A stretch of 64,000 nucleotides of DNA from positions 2,240,001 to 2,304,000 of the forward strand of contig OZ241889.1 of assembly GCA_965203355.1 (NCBI GenBank). Direction: 5' to 3'. The notes under the pieces are model-generated. The model saw nothing but the letters and a program-made list of their open reading frames with translations, made no database searches and was not told the DNA's origin. Position 1 is the first letter of the stretch; every line of letters begins with the position of its first letter. Shown piece by piece: positions 49,866 to 63,462 of the stretch. The position numbers and the translations under genes are program-made. Source of the stretch: Candidatus Latescibacterota bacterium. Lineage in GTDB: Bacteria > Latescibacterota > UBA2968 > UBA8231.

Positions 49866-50005
49866 CACGTCGCTTTATTGTGTAAAAATATATAACTTCT
49901 TGTTTATAAAAGAATAAGCGAATCAGCAGAAAATCTTATAACACAACACCAAGCGACAGGATGGCAGTAATTCGTGCTATCGTGTCATTAAATGAACGCG
50001 GCACA

Positions 50006-50034
50006 TTGACAGGGTGCTGCCATCCGGCTAGATT
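50006..50034 (+). promoter_or_regulatory. Sigma70 promoter for uvrB
   Basis: TTGACA-17 nt-TAGATT, then AAGGAG RBS. Confidence 0.65.
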
Positions 50035-50055
50035 GGCCGCTAGCAAGGAGAAAGC

Positions 50056-52053
<1,998 letters not shown>

Positions 52054-52119
52054 CCTGCGGCGAGGTCCATTTTAGATTGATCCGGTCTTGCAGCAACATC
52101 AATATAGTAGGAGCCCATT

Positions 52120-52869
52120 ATGTCAAATGGCCGTGATGTGATCGTCGACGTCCGGGACGTCAAGATGGTTTACAATGCCAAAAACCGCGATGAATCGACC
52201 CATGTCCACGCGCTACGCGGTTTGACCGTACAAGTGTACGAAAATGAGTTTTTTGCCATTATGGGGCCTTCTGGATCGGGGAAAAGCACGCTTTTCAACA
52301 TGATCGGTGCCCTACAGACGCCCACCGGCGGCGAGGTGCTCATTGAGGGCGTCAATCTGGCTGCGCTCAACGTGCAACAGCTAGCGGCGGTGCGCTGCTT
52401 TGAGCTGGGGTACATTTTCCAGACCTACAATCTCTTGCCGGTGATGAGCGCGCTGATGAACGTGTCGCTGCCCACCGTGTTTGCCGGTATGACCACGGCT
52501 GAAGGCGAGAGGCGGGCCATGGAGTGTTTGAAGATCGTCGGCCTAGGCGATAGGGCGCATCACATCCCCGCCGAGCTGTCGGGTGGTCAACAGCAGCGCG
52601 TTGCCATTGCCCGCGCCTTTGTCAACAAGCCGCGCATCATCCTCGCCGACGAGCCGACCGGCAACCTCGACAGCAATACCGGTCAGGAGATCATCGACTA
52701 CATGAAAAGCCTACAACAGGAGATGGGGACGACGATCATTACCGTGACCCACGACGACAAAATGCTCGCTGCCGCGGATCGCATGGCTTGGATCCGCGAT
52801 GGGCGGCTAGAGCGGGTGGCCAACCGCGAAGACATCGACATCCACATGGGCAGTATCCGAGAGCATTAA
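52120..52869 (+). CDS. ABC transporter ATP-binding protein (LolD/MacB type)
   Basis: [30 protein letters not shown]. Confidence 0.93.
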   Translation: MSNGRDVIVDVRDVKMVYNAKNRDESTHVHALRGLTVQVYENEFFAIMGPSGSGKSTLFNMIGALQTPTGGEVLIEGVNLAALNVQQLAAVRCFELGYIFQTYNLLPVMSALMNVSLPTVFAGMTTAEGERRAMECLKIVGLGDRAHHIPAELSGGQQQRVAIARAFVNKPRIILADEPTGNLDSNTGQEIIDYMKSLQQEMGTTIITVTHDDKMLAAADRMAWIRDGRLERVANREDIDIHMGSIREH

Positions 52870-52894
52870 GCGGCCCCCGTCCAAGACGGAATCG

Positions 52895-52935
52895 AAAAAG
52901 CGCCCGATGCTTCTGTCAGCATCGGGCGCTTTTTT
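52895..52935. terminator. Bidirectional intrinsic terminator
   Basis: AAAAAGCGCCCGATGCT...AGCATCGGGCGCTTTTT. Confidence 0.85.
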
Positions 52936-52981
52936 GCGTTTACTTAGCGCAGACGAGGCCCATGCCGAGGGCGGGAAAGAG

Positions 52982-53890
52982 CTACTCGCTAGATTGCCGC
53001 TTCCGCAAGCCCTCTTGGAGAAAGACCTCGCGGTTGGGAAAGGTGCCGGGCAGGGTAAAGCCGCCGTCAACGGCGATGAGTTGGCCGGTCATATAGGGGA
53101 TCTGGGTGAAGGCGTAGGCGGCGCAGGCGATGTCCTCGGGGCGTCCGATGCGGCGAATGGGTTGGGAACCCCCTGCGGCCATCAAACCATAGATCTCGGC
53201 TACGGTAAATTCGCGGCCCGATTGCGGATCTTCCACGCCCGAGGGGCGGCTCGTCAGCGGTGTATCGACGACGCCAGGACGCAAGGCGTTGACCGTGATA
53301 TTGTGCGGCCCGCCGTCGAAGGCGGCACCCGCGACCACGTGATTGAGGCCCGCTTTGCTGACGCCGTAGGGAATGCGGGTGCTCTCGGGGGCCATGTCCG
53401 AGATGGAGGTAATCAAGAGGATGCTGCGGTGGAGGGGATTGGCTTCTTGCGCGGCTTGTTCCACCATGTGCTTGAGGGCGCGTTGGGCCAGCCGGTAGGC
53501 CCCCATGAGATTGAGGCTGAGGACGCGGTCCATCTCCTTATTAAGGTGTTCAACCGGGGTGTCGCTGAAGCGATAGCGGATGAGTTGGCCTTGTTCGTCG
53601 GCGACGTAGTTGGCCACGCCGCTGTTGCTGATCGCCACGTCGAGGCGACCAAAGTGCGCGAAGGTGCGATCCACTAGGTCGAAAGGAGCTTCTGGCTGTG
53701 CGAGATCGGCACCGAGGACTATGACTTCGGCACCGTGCTCGGTGCGAATGGCCTCGGCGATCTGGGCGGCGCGTTCCTCGCCGGCGTTGTAATGGACCAC
53801 CACGTCGTAGCCGTGGGCGGCGAATTGGCGGACGATGGCCGCGCCAATCCCACTCGACGAGCCTGTGACGACGCAAACCGGGCGCGACAA
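52982..53890 (-). CDS. SDR family oxidoreductase
   Basis: TGSSSGIG, YGVSK, VNALRPG, TGQ.I.VDGG. Confidence 0.9.
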   Translation of the reverse strand: MSRPVCVVTGSSSGIGAAIVRQFAAHGYDVVVHYNAGEERAAQIAEAIRTEHGAEVIVLGADLAQPEAPFDLVDRTFAHFGRLDVAISNSGVANYVADEQGQLIRYRFSDTPVEHLNKEMDRVLSLNLMGAYRLAQRALKHMVEQAAQEANPLHRSILLITSISDMAPESTRIPYGVSKAGLNHVVAGAAFDGGPHNITVNALRPGVVDTPLTSRPSGVEDPQSGREFTVAEIYGLMAAGGSQPIRRIGRPEDIACAAYAFTQIPYMTGQLIAVDGGFTLPGTFPNREVFLQEGLRKRQSSE

Positions 53891-53894
53891 AAGC

Positions 53895-54878
53895 CTAACC
53901 TCGCTGGGAGAGGACGGTCTCGACGATGCGCTCTTGGCTGGGGATGGTCGGCAGCTCGAGGGTGGGGCTGAAGGGAATGGGCACGTCGGCCGCGCCGATG
54001 CGCAAGACCGGTGCGTCGAGCCAATCGAATGCCTCGGCGTTGAGGATGGAAGCGAGCTCGGCCGTGGCTCCGTAGCGCTCGACGCCTTCGTCGATCACGA
54101 CCGCGTAACCGGTTTTGCGCACCGAGGCAAGCAGGGTCTCTTTGTCTAGCGGCACGAGGGTCCGCGGATCCACGACCTCGGCTTCCAGACCTTGGGCGGC
54201 AAGCTCTGCGGCGGCCGCTAGGGCGACGCCGACCATGCTGGAGGTGGCGACGAGGGTCAGGTCGGTGCCGGCGCGCTTGATCTCGGCTTCGCCAAAGGGA
54301 ATGAGGAAGTCGTCTTCTTCGGGCACGGAGCCGGAGTCGTTGTACATCATTTTGTCTTCGAAGAACAGCACGGGATTGTCGTCGCGGATCGCGGTCTTGA
54401 GCAGGCCCTTGGCGTCGCGCGGCGTCGCCGGGATGGCGACTTTGAGCCCGGGAATGTGAGCGAAAAGCGCGTGCAAGCTCTGCGAGTGCTGCGCAGCCGA
54501 AGACCGCCCGGCTCCCATCGACAGCCGGATCGTCAGCGGAACCTTGCACTGGCCGCCCGACATGTAGCGGATTTTAGCGGCCTGATTGACGATTTGGTCC
54601 ATGGTCAACAGCGAAAAGTCGCCGAACATCAGCTCGCACAGCGGGCGCATGCCGGTCATGGCGGCCCCGACGCCCAGCCCGATGTAGCCCGCCTCGGCAA
54701 TGGGGGTGTCGATGACGCGCTCCGCGCCGAATTCTTCGAAGAGGCCCTCGCAGCATTTGAAGATGCCGCCGGAGGATCCCACGTCCTCGCCCATGACAAA
54801 AACGGTCTCATCGCGGCGCATCTCCTCGGCCGTGGCTAGGCCGATTGCCTCTCTAAACAACATGTCCCGATCAGGCAT
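53895..54878 (-). CDS. Pyruvate/acetoin dehydrogenase-type E1 beta subunit
   Basis: GEDVG..GG.F, DTPIAE, AAQHSQ, DAKGLLK, DPRTLVPLD. Confidence 0.92.
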   Translation of the reverse strand: MPDRDMLFREAIGLATAEEMRRDETVFVMGEDVGSSGGIFKCCEGLFEEFGAERVIDTPIAEAGYIGLGVGAAMTGMRPLCELMFGDFSLLTMDQIVNQAAKIRYMSGGQCKVPLTIRLSMGAGRSSAAQHSQSLHALFAHIPGLKVAIPATPRDAKGLLKTAIRDDNPVLFFEDKMMYNDSGSVPEEDDFLIPFGEAEIKRAGTDLTLVATSSMVGVALAAAAELAAQGLEAEVVDPRTLVPLDKETLLASVRKTGYAVVIDEGVERYGATAELASILNAEAFDWLDAPVLRIGAADVPIPFSPTLELPTIPSQERIVETVLSQRG

Positions 54879-55881
54879 ATATATCCTCAAAAGCTTGTTC
54901 TGGCGGCGGAAAGTCGGTGTTTTTGCCGAATTCTATGGCGTCTAGGACCTCGCGCTCTACTTGCTCGTACAGCGCGTCGAGTTCGGCCTGTTTGGCGACC
55001 CGGTTGGCGACCATGTACTGGCCCAATAGGCGAATGGGGTCCTTGTTCTCAGACCACCAGCCGACTTCGTCGCGGGTGCGATAGGTCTGGGCATCGCCGA
55101 CGTGGTGTCCGTGGTAGCGGTAGGTTTTGGCTTCGATTAGGCTCGGGCCGCCGCCTTGGCGTGCCTTGTTCACCGCTGTGGTCACCGTTTCGTACATCTC
55201 CAGCACATCGGCTCCATCGGCGATGATGCCTTCGAGGCCAAGGCCCTTGGCGCGGTCGGCGATGTCGGTGACGCCGGTGACGCTCTGGTAAGGGGTGTGC
55301 TCGCCGTACTGGTTGTTCTCGCAGATGTAGATGACCGGCAAGTCCCAGACCACGGCCATGTTGATGGTTTCGAGCATGATGCCTTGGTTGGCCGCGCCAT
55401 CGCCGAAGAAGCAGACGCCTACTTGATCGGAGCCGCGCAGCTTGGCCGAGAGGCCAGCCCCAGTGCAGATGCCGAAGCCGCCGCCGACAATGCCGTTGGC
55501 CCCGAGGATGCCCAAGGACATATCGGCGATGTGCATAGACCCGCCCTTGCCGCGGCAGTAGCCGGCTTCCTTGCCCATGATCTCGGCCATCATGCGGTCG
55601 AGTTGGCCCCCTTTGGCCAGACAGTGCCCGTGGCCGCGGTGCGTGCTGGTGATGTAGTCGTCGTCGCGCAGGGCCGCGCAAGCACCGACGGCCACGCCTT
55701 CCTCGCCGATGTAGAGGTGCGCCAAGCCGGGCATTAGGCCGCGGGTATAGACGTCCCAGACGTGTTCTTCAAAGAGGCGTATCTCCGACATCTTGCGGTA
55801 CATAAACCATAGTTTGTCGGGCGTGGCCCGGAGCTTGGTTCTCTTTGCTTTAGGTTTTTTGCGGGTAATTTTCTTTGCCAT
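54871..55881 (-). CDS. Pyruvate/acetoin dehydrogenase-type E1 alpha subunit (TPP-binding)
   Basis: HLYIGEE, THRGHGH, GKGGSMH, GDGA...ENN, TYRYHGH. Confidence 0.93.
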   Translation of the reverse strand: MAKKITRKKPKAKRTKLRATPDKLWFMYRKMSEIRLFEEHVWDVYTRGLMPGLAHLYIGEEGVAVGACAALRDDDYITSTHRGHGHCLAKGGQLDRMMAEIMGKEAGYCRGKGGSMHIADMSLGILGANGIVGGGFGICTGAGLSAKLRGSDQVGVCFFGDGAANQGIMLETINMAVVWDLPVIYICENNQYGEHTPYQSVTGVTDIADRAKGLGLEGIIADGADVLEMYETVTTAVNKARQGGGPSLIEAKTYRYHGHHVGDAQTYRTRDEVGWWSENKDPIRLLGQYMVANRVAKQAELDALYEQVEREVLDAIEFGKNTDFPPPEQAFEDIYA

Positions 55882-55945
55882 GTACTCGATCTCCGGCCGT
55901 GTTTCGTCGGGCAAAAAATAAGTGAGGTGGATCCGCCATCGTCAA

Positions 55946-55994
55946 GCGCGAAAAAGCCGGGAAACCCGTGTGGGGCGCCCCGGCTTTTTCGCGC
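55946..55994 (-). terminator. Stem-loop terminator after the ferredoxin
   Basis: GCGCGAAAAAGCCGGG...CCCGGCTTTTTCGCGC. Confidence 0.65.
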
Positions 55995-56008
55995 AAAGGA
56001 CCGGCGTC

Positions 56009-56323
56009 CTAGCTGGTTTTTTCGAATTCGGCTGCGTGTTCCTGCTTCCACTGTGCCCATTCTGCGGGGTCGTTGTGCAGTTCAAAGTACTTGGTGTTGA
56101 TCTCGACAAAGCGGTCTTGATCATCGGGCATGTCCTCTTCGGCGAAGATTGCCTCAACCGGGCACTCCGGCTCGCAGGCGCCGCAATCAATGCACTCGTC
56201 CGGGTCGATGTAGAGCATGGGTTCGCCTTCGCCATCGATTGGATGAATGCAGTCCACAGGGCAGACCTCGACGCAGGCCTTGTCTTTGACGTCAATGCAG
56301 GTTTCGGTGATGTAGTAAGCCAT
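56009..56323 (-). CDS. Dicluster (7Fe-type) ferredoxin
   Basis: C.......C...CPVDCI and CIDCGACEPECP motifs. Confidence 0.93.
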   Translation of the reverse strand: MAYYITETCIDVKDKACVEVCPVDCIHPIDGEGEPMLYIDPDECIDCGACEPECPVEAIFAEEDMPDDQDRFVEINTKYFELHNDPAEWAQWKQEHAAEFEKTS

Positions 56324-56379
56324 GGGCTCCTCCCAATAAGGTGCTATTTATCGCAAAAATACGGGCCTGTTTGCCTCTG

Positions 56380-56958
56380 TCAAGCGGCGAGATTGCCCAA
56401 TAGAGTTGCTGCGTCAGCGTCGGTTTGGCAGCGTATTCTCAGATTGAGGCGGGACCCGGGGGCGGGGTCGCGCTCGGCCGTGTACTCGGCACCGGCGAAA
56501 AGCTGGGTGAGCACCGGATCAAGAGCGGCCCGCAGGGCGTTTTCGCCGGCTCGGTCGTTGGTGGCGTTGAGGCGGTCGTTGGCCACTATGAGCATGTCGC
56601 CACTGCGAAACTTGACTTTGCCTGCTAGGCTGGGCTCTTCTTCAAGGCGTTGGCAGGCGGTCAGCGCCGCTTTGAAGATGCTGGCGAGCCGCTTAGTCAG
56701 GTCGCCAGCGGCGGGTTGTTTGCGCGAGTAGAGCAAGCCCATCTCGGCGCTGTGGTTGTCGAGGCTGTAGTTGGCTTCGTGGCCGACAAGTAGGGTCAGC
56801 GGTCCTTCGTCTAGATGGCTGTAGTCGGCCACGTCGATGAGGACTTCGTCTGGGGTTGTCGGAATCCAAGTGTTGAAAATGCGAAAAGCCTCTTGGGCCG
56901 AGAGGGACGCGGGATCTTCGAGGTAGAATTTGACGTTGACGCGCTGTAGGGCTTCCAT
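56380..56958 (-). CDS. Conserved hypothetical protein co-transcribed with the sulfite/nitrite reductase
   Basis: Tightly spaced; LIDVADYSH...GP and NDRL motifs. Confidence 0.75.
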   Translation of the reverse strand: MEALQRVNVKFYLEDPASLSAQEAFRIFNTWIPTTPDEVLIDVADYSHLDEGPLTLLVGHEANYSLDNHSAEMGLLYSRKQPAAGDLTKRLASIFKAALTACQRLEEEPSLAGKVKFRSGDMLIVANDRLNATNDRAGENALRAALDPVLTQLFAGAEYTAERDPAPGSRLNLRIRCQTDADAATLLGNLAA

Positions 56959-56964
56959 AAAAAC

Positions 56965-59211
<2,247 letters not shown>

Positions 59212-59443
59212 GCCTAAAACCGCCTCTTAGGTGACTGTCCTATCCAAGTGAACCTTATAACATTAGGGATTTGCAAAAGACTGTCAAGATGAGTCGTCCG
59301 CTAGTTTTGCTACCGGTACAATGGCTTTGGCGATGTTCATTGGGACGGATCGCGCAAGAAATGTGGTTGTGCTCGGGGTGTTTGACAAGCCGTGGAGGTC
59401 GCGATATTATGGGCGATTCACCGGCAAAAGAGGAGATGGTTCC

Positions 59444-59770
59444 ATGCGTGAAGAACGGCGTTATCCCGCGCTCAGCAAGGCCATGCAGGCGCGGTTGCTG
59501 TGGTGCTTTATCGGCGGCGGCTTGATGAAGTTCGTCCAAGTCTATACGGCGGCGCGCTACATGACCTTGACGGGGGAACATCCGCTCGAACGCTGGAAGT
59601 TTTTGCCCGGGGGTATGGCCGTGCTGACCGCGCTTTGCTTCCCGCTGTGGCTGTCGAGTTTGCCCAAGATGCTCGGCGGGTTAGTGCCCGCGTGCGAACT
59701 CTATACGCGCACCACCGTTTTCCTCACGGGCTGGGGCCTTCGCAGTGCCTTTGACTTCCTCGCGGGCTGA
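59444..59770 (+). pseudogene. Collapsed remnant of an Nramp-like membrane transporter
   Basis: AGGAG RBS; LLW...KFVQVYTAARYMTLTGEHPLERW segment, but only 108 aa in total. Confidence 0.5.
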
Positions 59771-59776
59771 AGCGAT

Positions 59777-60913
59777 TTGCGCGTCTCCGACGACATCTGG
59801 ACGCAGGTCGAAGCCGTATTGCACAGCGGCTTCCGGCTGGCCTTGGCGACCACGGGCGGCGGCAGCCAACTCATTAGCTGGCTCTTGAATCACCCTGGGG
59901 CCTCGCGGGCGATCGTCGAAGCCCAAGTGCCCTATAGCGAGCCAGCGCTAGCGGCGTATTTGGCCGCGGCCGGGCCGCATCCGGCAGACGAGCAAACGGC
60001 GCGGGATATGGCCGGGCGAGCCTTTGTGCGGGCTACTTCCTTTGCTGAGCCGGGGCCGGGTTGCCTTGGCGTGGGCTGTAGTGCGGCTTTAGCGACGGAT
60101 AGGCCGCGGCGTGGCGAGGACCGGGGTTGTATCGCGCTGCGTTTGCAGTGCGCCTATCGCTTTTACACGCTGCATTTTGAGAAGGGCGCCGCCGACCGCT
60201 TGGAGCAAGAGGCGGTCTTGAGCCGCTTGGCTTTGGAGGCCATAGTGGAGGCCTGCGGCGGCCCGGTCGCCGGTGTGTCGCTGCCCGACTACGCGCATCT
60301 CGTGCGGCGCGTGCTGTCGTTGGACGATCCGCTGGGCTTGCTGTTTGCGGGCGAGTTGGACGTCGTTGAAATGCGTTCGGATGGGGTGATTGTGCCCGAG
60401 GTCGAGCGCGGGCAGCGCCTGCTTTTGTCCGGGGCCTTCAATCCGCTGCACGAGGGACACGAGCGGCTTGCGGCGGCGGCCGGACAGCTCAGTGGCCGTC
60501 ATCCGATCTTGGAATTATCGGTCGAAAATGTCGATAAACCGCCTCTGCAAAGGAGCGAGCTCGAGCGGCGTTTGGCGCAAATGCGCGGTCGCTACCCGGT
60601 GGTGGTAACGCGAGCACCCACTTTTTTGCAGAAGGCTCGGCTCTTTGGCGGTTGTCATTTCGCGCTGGGGTACGATACGGCCGTACGGCTTTTGCAGGGC
60701 CAATATTATGATGAAGGGGAGCGGGGCGTGGCCGCGGCCTTGGCGGAATTCGCCGCTGGGGACTGTCGCTTTTGGGTCGCTGGCCGGGTGGATGGCGATG
60801 CGTATCGCACCTTAGCGGCGATAGAGGTGCCCGCCGAGTACGCCGATCTTTTTGCGACGGTGCCCTTTAGAATGGATATCAGCTCTACGGAACTCCGCGC
60901 TCGGAAGGCCTAG
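59777..60913 (+). CDS. CinA-like domain + nucleotidyltransferase (NMNAT-like) fusion
   Basis: TGGGS..ISWL...PGASR, GAFNPLHEGH (HxGH), F.QKARLF, DISSTELR. Confidence 0.82.
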   Translation: MRVSDDIWTQVEAVLHSGFRLALATTGGGSQLISWLLNHPGASRAIVEAQVPYSEPALAAYLAAAGPHPADEQTARDMAGRAFVRATSFAEPGPGCLGVGCSAALATDRPRRGEDRGCIALRLQCAYRFYTLHFEKGAADRLEQEAVLSRLALEAIVEACGGPVAGVSLPDYAHLVRRVLSLDDPLGLLFAGELDVVEMRSDGVIVPEVERGQRLLLSGAFNPLHEGHERLAAAAGQLSGRHPILELSVENVDKPPLQRSELERRLAQMRGRYPVVVTRAPTFLQKARLFGGCHFALGYDTAVRLLQGQYYDEGERGVAAALAEFAAGDCRFWVAGRVDGDAYRTLAAIEVPAEYADLFATVPFRMDISSTELRARKA

Positions 60914-60917
60914 GACG

Positions 60918-61217
60918 ATGCCCGAAGAAGAATGGGAAGAGCCTGATGCAGTGGAAGTGCCCATCGACGGTACGCTGGACTTGCACACCTTCCAGCCGCG
61001 CGATCTCAAAGCACTATTGCCCGACTATTTGGCTGCCTGTCGCCAAGCGGGCATTTTGCAGGTGCGCGTCATTCACGGCAAGGGCACGGGCCAGTTGCGG
61101 CGCTCGGTCCACGCTATTTTGGCCCGCTTACCCGAAGTGGAGACATTTCGCTTGGCTGGAGAAGGGGGCGGCGGTTGGGGAGCCACCTTGGTCTGGTTGG
61201 CGCCGCTCGACGTTTGA
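60918..61217 (+). CDS. Smr domain protein
   Basis: LDLH, VIHGKGTG.LR, GGWGAT.V.L. Confidence 0.92.
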   Translation: MPEEEWEEPDAVEVPIDGTLDLHTFQPRDLKALLPDYLAACRQAGILQVRVIHGKGTGQLRRSVHAILARLPEVETFRLAGEGGGGWGATLVWLAPLDV

Positions 61218-61298
61218 CTATTAAGAGTGTTTCCAGCCGATCTTGCCTTGGCGGATGAAGGCTACGTCTCGCAGCGTTTCGTCCAGGTGGTAGTGGTC

Positions 61299-61327
61299 TT
61301 GACTATCCAATACGCTATATTCATAAT
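61299..61327 (+). promoter_or_regulatory. Putative sigma70 promoter
   Basis: TTGACT-17 nt-CATAAT in an AT-rich intergenic region. Confidence 0.5.
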
Positions 61328-61410
61328 ATGTAACAACCTGTAGTAAATGTTATAGTTTCAAAGCGATTACAGCCTCCAGTATACCATTCAGAATCTCGGC
61401 CGCTATCAAG

Positions 61411-63444
61411 GTGTCGGTCCTCCCCATGGCATATCGTCCTACCAGCCTCCTTTTTAACCTGCTACAGTCGTTGCAGATAGTCCCTTCTTTGCCAATCCTC
61501 CTCTTGCTGCTGTCCGTGTGCTCAACTAGCGCACAGGATGTTTTTACAGTCGGTGGCGACGAACGTCCTTGGCCCAATTCTGGCACAACACCTGGAGGTG
61601 TGATCGATTTTGTAGAGCAACTGGGAACTATCGAGGAAACCAACGGCGAAAAAGTGTTCGCTGATGACCTAGATTCCCGGCAAAATTGGATCATGCCGCT
61701 GCGCTTGCGCTCGGATTTCAACATTTCGCTCGGCGTTCTCGAGCGGGGAGGTACTATAGATATCCCGGGGCTGGATGCCAGCCAGAAAAATCCAGAACAA
61801 TTGGCGGGCATGCTCAATGGCGACCACCGAGTGGCTTTTGACCGCAAGTTCGTGGCCGGCCGCATCGTGCGCAACAACGGCGTCACCATTCGCATTGACC
61901 TTGGGGCGCGCTTCGGAGTGGACCGAATCGCGTTCTATCCGAGAATGACGGCGTCGTTTCCCTTTGAGAACGAATTCATGCGCGGATATGAGTTGTTCCT
62001 CAACGATGGCTTGCCGCAAAATCTCTTTGCCAGTGGTCAGCCCATTTTCACCTCGCCAGTGCGGCGCGACCCAGACAACCGCGAGGCCAGAGTGGACGCA
62101 CAGATCAATCCCCAGTTTGTCCGCTTTTTGCAACTCAAGTCGATTTCCACCCTCGGATTTGAAATTGACGAGATAGAGGTGTACGGCCGGGGGTTCGTCC
62201 CGGTGGCCAGCTATGTGTCCAATGTGCTAGATATGGGCGGGGAGGTGGTCTGGGGTCGAATTGCTTGGAGCGAAGTAGCCGCAGGCAATAGCGCGGATTC
62301 CAATATAGAAGTCCGCGTCCGCAGCGGGCAGGATACGACGCCCGATGTCTTTTTTCGCAATGCCAATGTAGGAGGCCGGCAACCCGAATATGTGCCGACC
62401 GACAGCGAGGGTAAGGAGCTGACGGAGGAGACCTTTGAAGAACTGGCGAAAAACCAGCGAGGGCCGATCAAATCCGACACTGACAACGGCTGGGTCCAGT
62501 GGCAAGTGGTAGATAATGGCACCCCGCTGACTGTGCCGGCACCCCGGCGCTACTTCCAGTTCCGCATTGATTTCACCAATCTGAGCTTGGATGCCAGCCG
62601 TGCTGTCGCCGACTTGGGTTTCCAGTTCGCACAGCCCCCGGTTGACCGCATCGTCGCCGAAGTGGGGCCACCGCTAGCCGAGGTCGGTAAACAGACGACT
62701 TTTACGTACTTTGCCCGCATCGCCAATACTACGGGTCGGCCGGGATTTACGCGCTTTGAAATTGAAACTCCGGCCCGCATCGCGGCTATCCATTCGATAG
62801 AAATCCAAGATAGAGCGGGCAATCGCCTAGATGGAGCCGAGTTCAGCGGCGATCTGGCCGGGGTGTCTTTACCCTTGCGCGTCGGGTCGTTCTCCATAGA
62901 GGCGGTGGAGAACGACCATTTTGCCCTGAATGTACCCCGGATCAACGCCGATGGCACCCTGTTGAAAATTGTCTTTGATGCGGCCGTGTTTCGCTATGGT
63001 ACGCGTTTTCAGGGACGGGCCTTTGCCGATGCCAGCGTACAAGTGCCGTTACAGACCGAGGGCGGAGATGCTTCAGCCAAACAGGATACTGACGGGTTGC
63101 TGGTGCGGATTTCCGTGGGCTCGCAGGTGGCTGGTCCGCTGGCAATCCAGCCGCGGATTTTCACCCCCAACGGAGATGGGGCTAATGACCTGGCAGAAAT
63201 AAGCTATGCGGTTCTGCACCTGCTCGAACCATCGCCGAGCGAAGTAAATGTCTATGACTTGGCTGGTGGCCGGGTGCGACAGCTCAACTCTGCCGAGGTA
63301 CAAAACGGCCGCATTCAGCTACAGTGGGACGGTCGTGGCGATGACCATCGCCTAGTGCCGCCGGGTATCTACTTAGCGGTGGTGGAAATCCGCTCCGATC
63401 TAGAGACCGAGCGGCGTACAAACAGTGTGGCCGTGGTGTATTAA
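61411..63444 (+). CDS. Secreted protein with discoidin-like and C-terminal FlgD Ig-like domain (start uncertain)
   Basis: IDLGARFGVDRI.FYP, EIEVYG.GF, FTPNGDG.ND, VYDLAG..VR, WDGR...VPPGIY. Confidence 0.82.
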   Translation: MSVLPMAYRPTSLLFNLLQSLQIVPSLPILLLLLSVCSTSAQDVFTVGGDERPWPNSGTTPGGVIDFVEQLGTIEETNGEKVFADDLDSRQNWIMPLRLRSDFNISLGVLERGGTIDIPGLDASQKNPEQLAGMLNGDHRVAFDRKFVAGRIVRNNGVTIRIDLGARFGVDRIAFYPRMTASFPFENEFMRGYELFLNDGLPQNLFASGQPIFTSPVRRDPDNREARVDAQINPQFVRFLQLKSISTLGFEIDEIEVYGRGFVPVASYVSNVLDMGGEVVWGRIAWSEVAAGNSADSNIEVRVRSGQDTTPDVFFRNANVGGRQPEYVPTDSEGKELTEETFEELAKNQRGPIKSDTDNGWVQWQVVDNGTPLTVPAPRRYFQFRIDFTNLSLDASRAVADLGFQFAQPPVDRIVAEVGPPLAEVGKQTTFTYFARIANTTGRPGFTRFEIETPARIAAIHSIEIQDRAGNRLDGAEFSGDLAGVSLPLRVGSFSIEAVENDHFALNVPRINADGTLLKIVFDAAVFRYGTRFQGRAFADASVQVPLQTEGGDASAKQDTDGLLVRISVGSQVAGPLAIQPRIFTPNGDGANDLAEISYAVLHLLEPSPSEVNVYDLAGGRVRQLNSAEVQNGRIQLQWDGRGDDHRLVPPGIYLAVVEIRSDLETERRTNSVAVVY

Positions 63445-63462
63445 ATTGCTAGCCAAGCAAGG

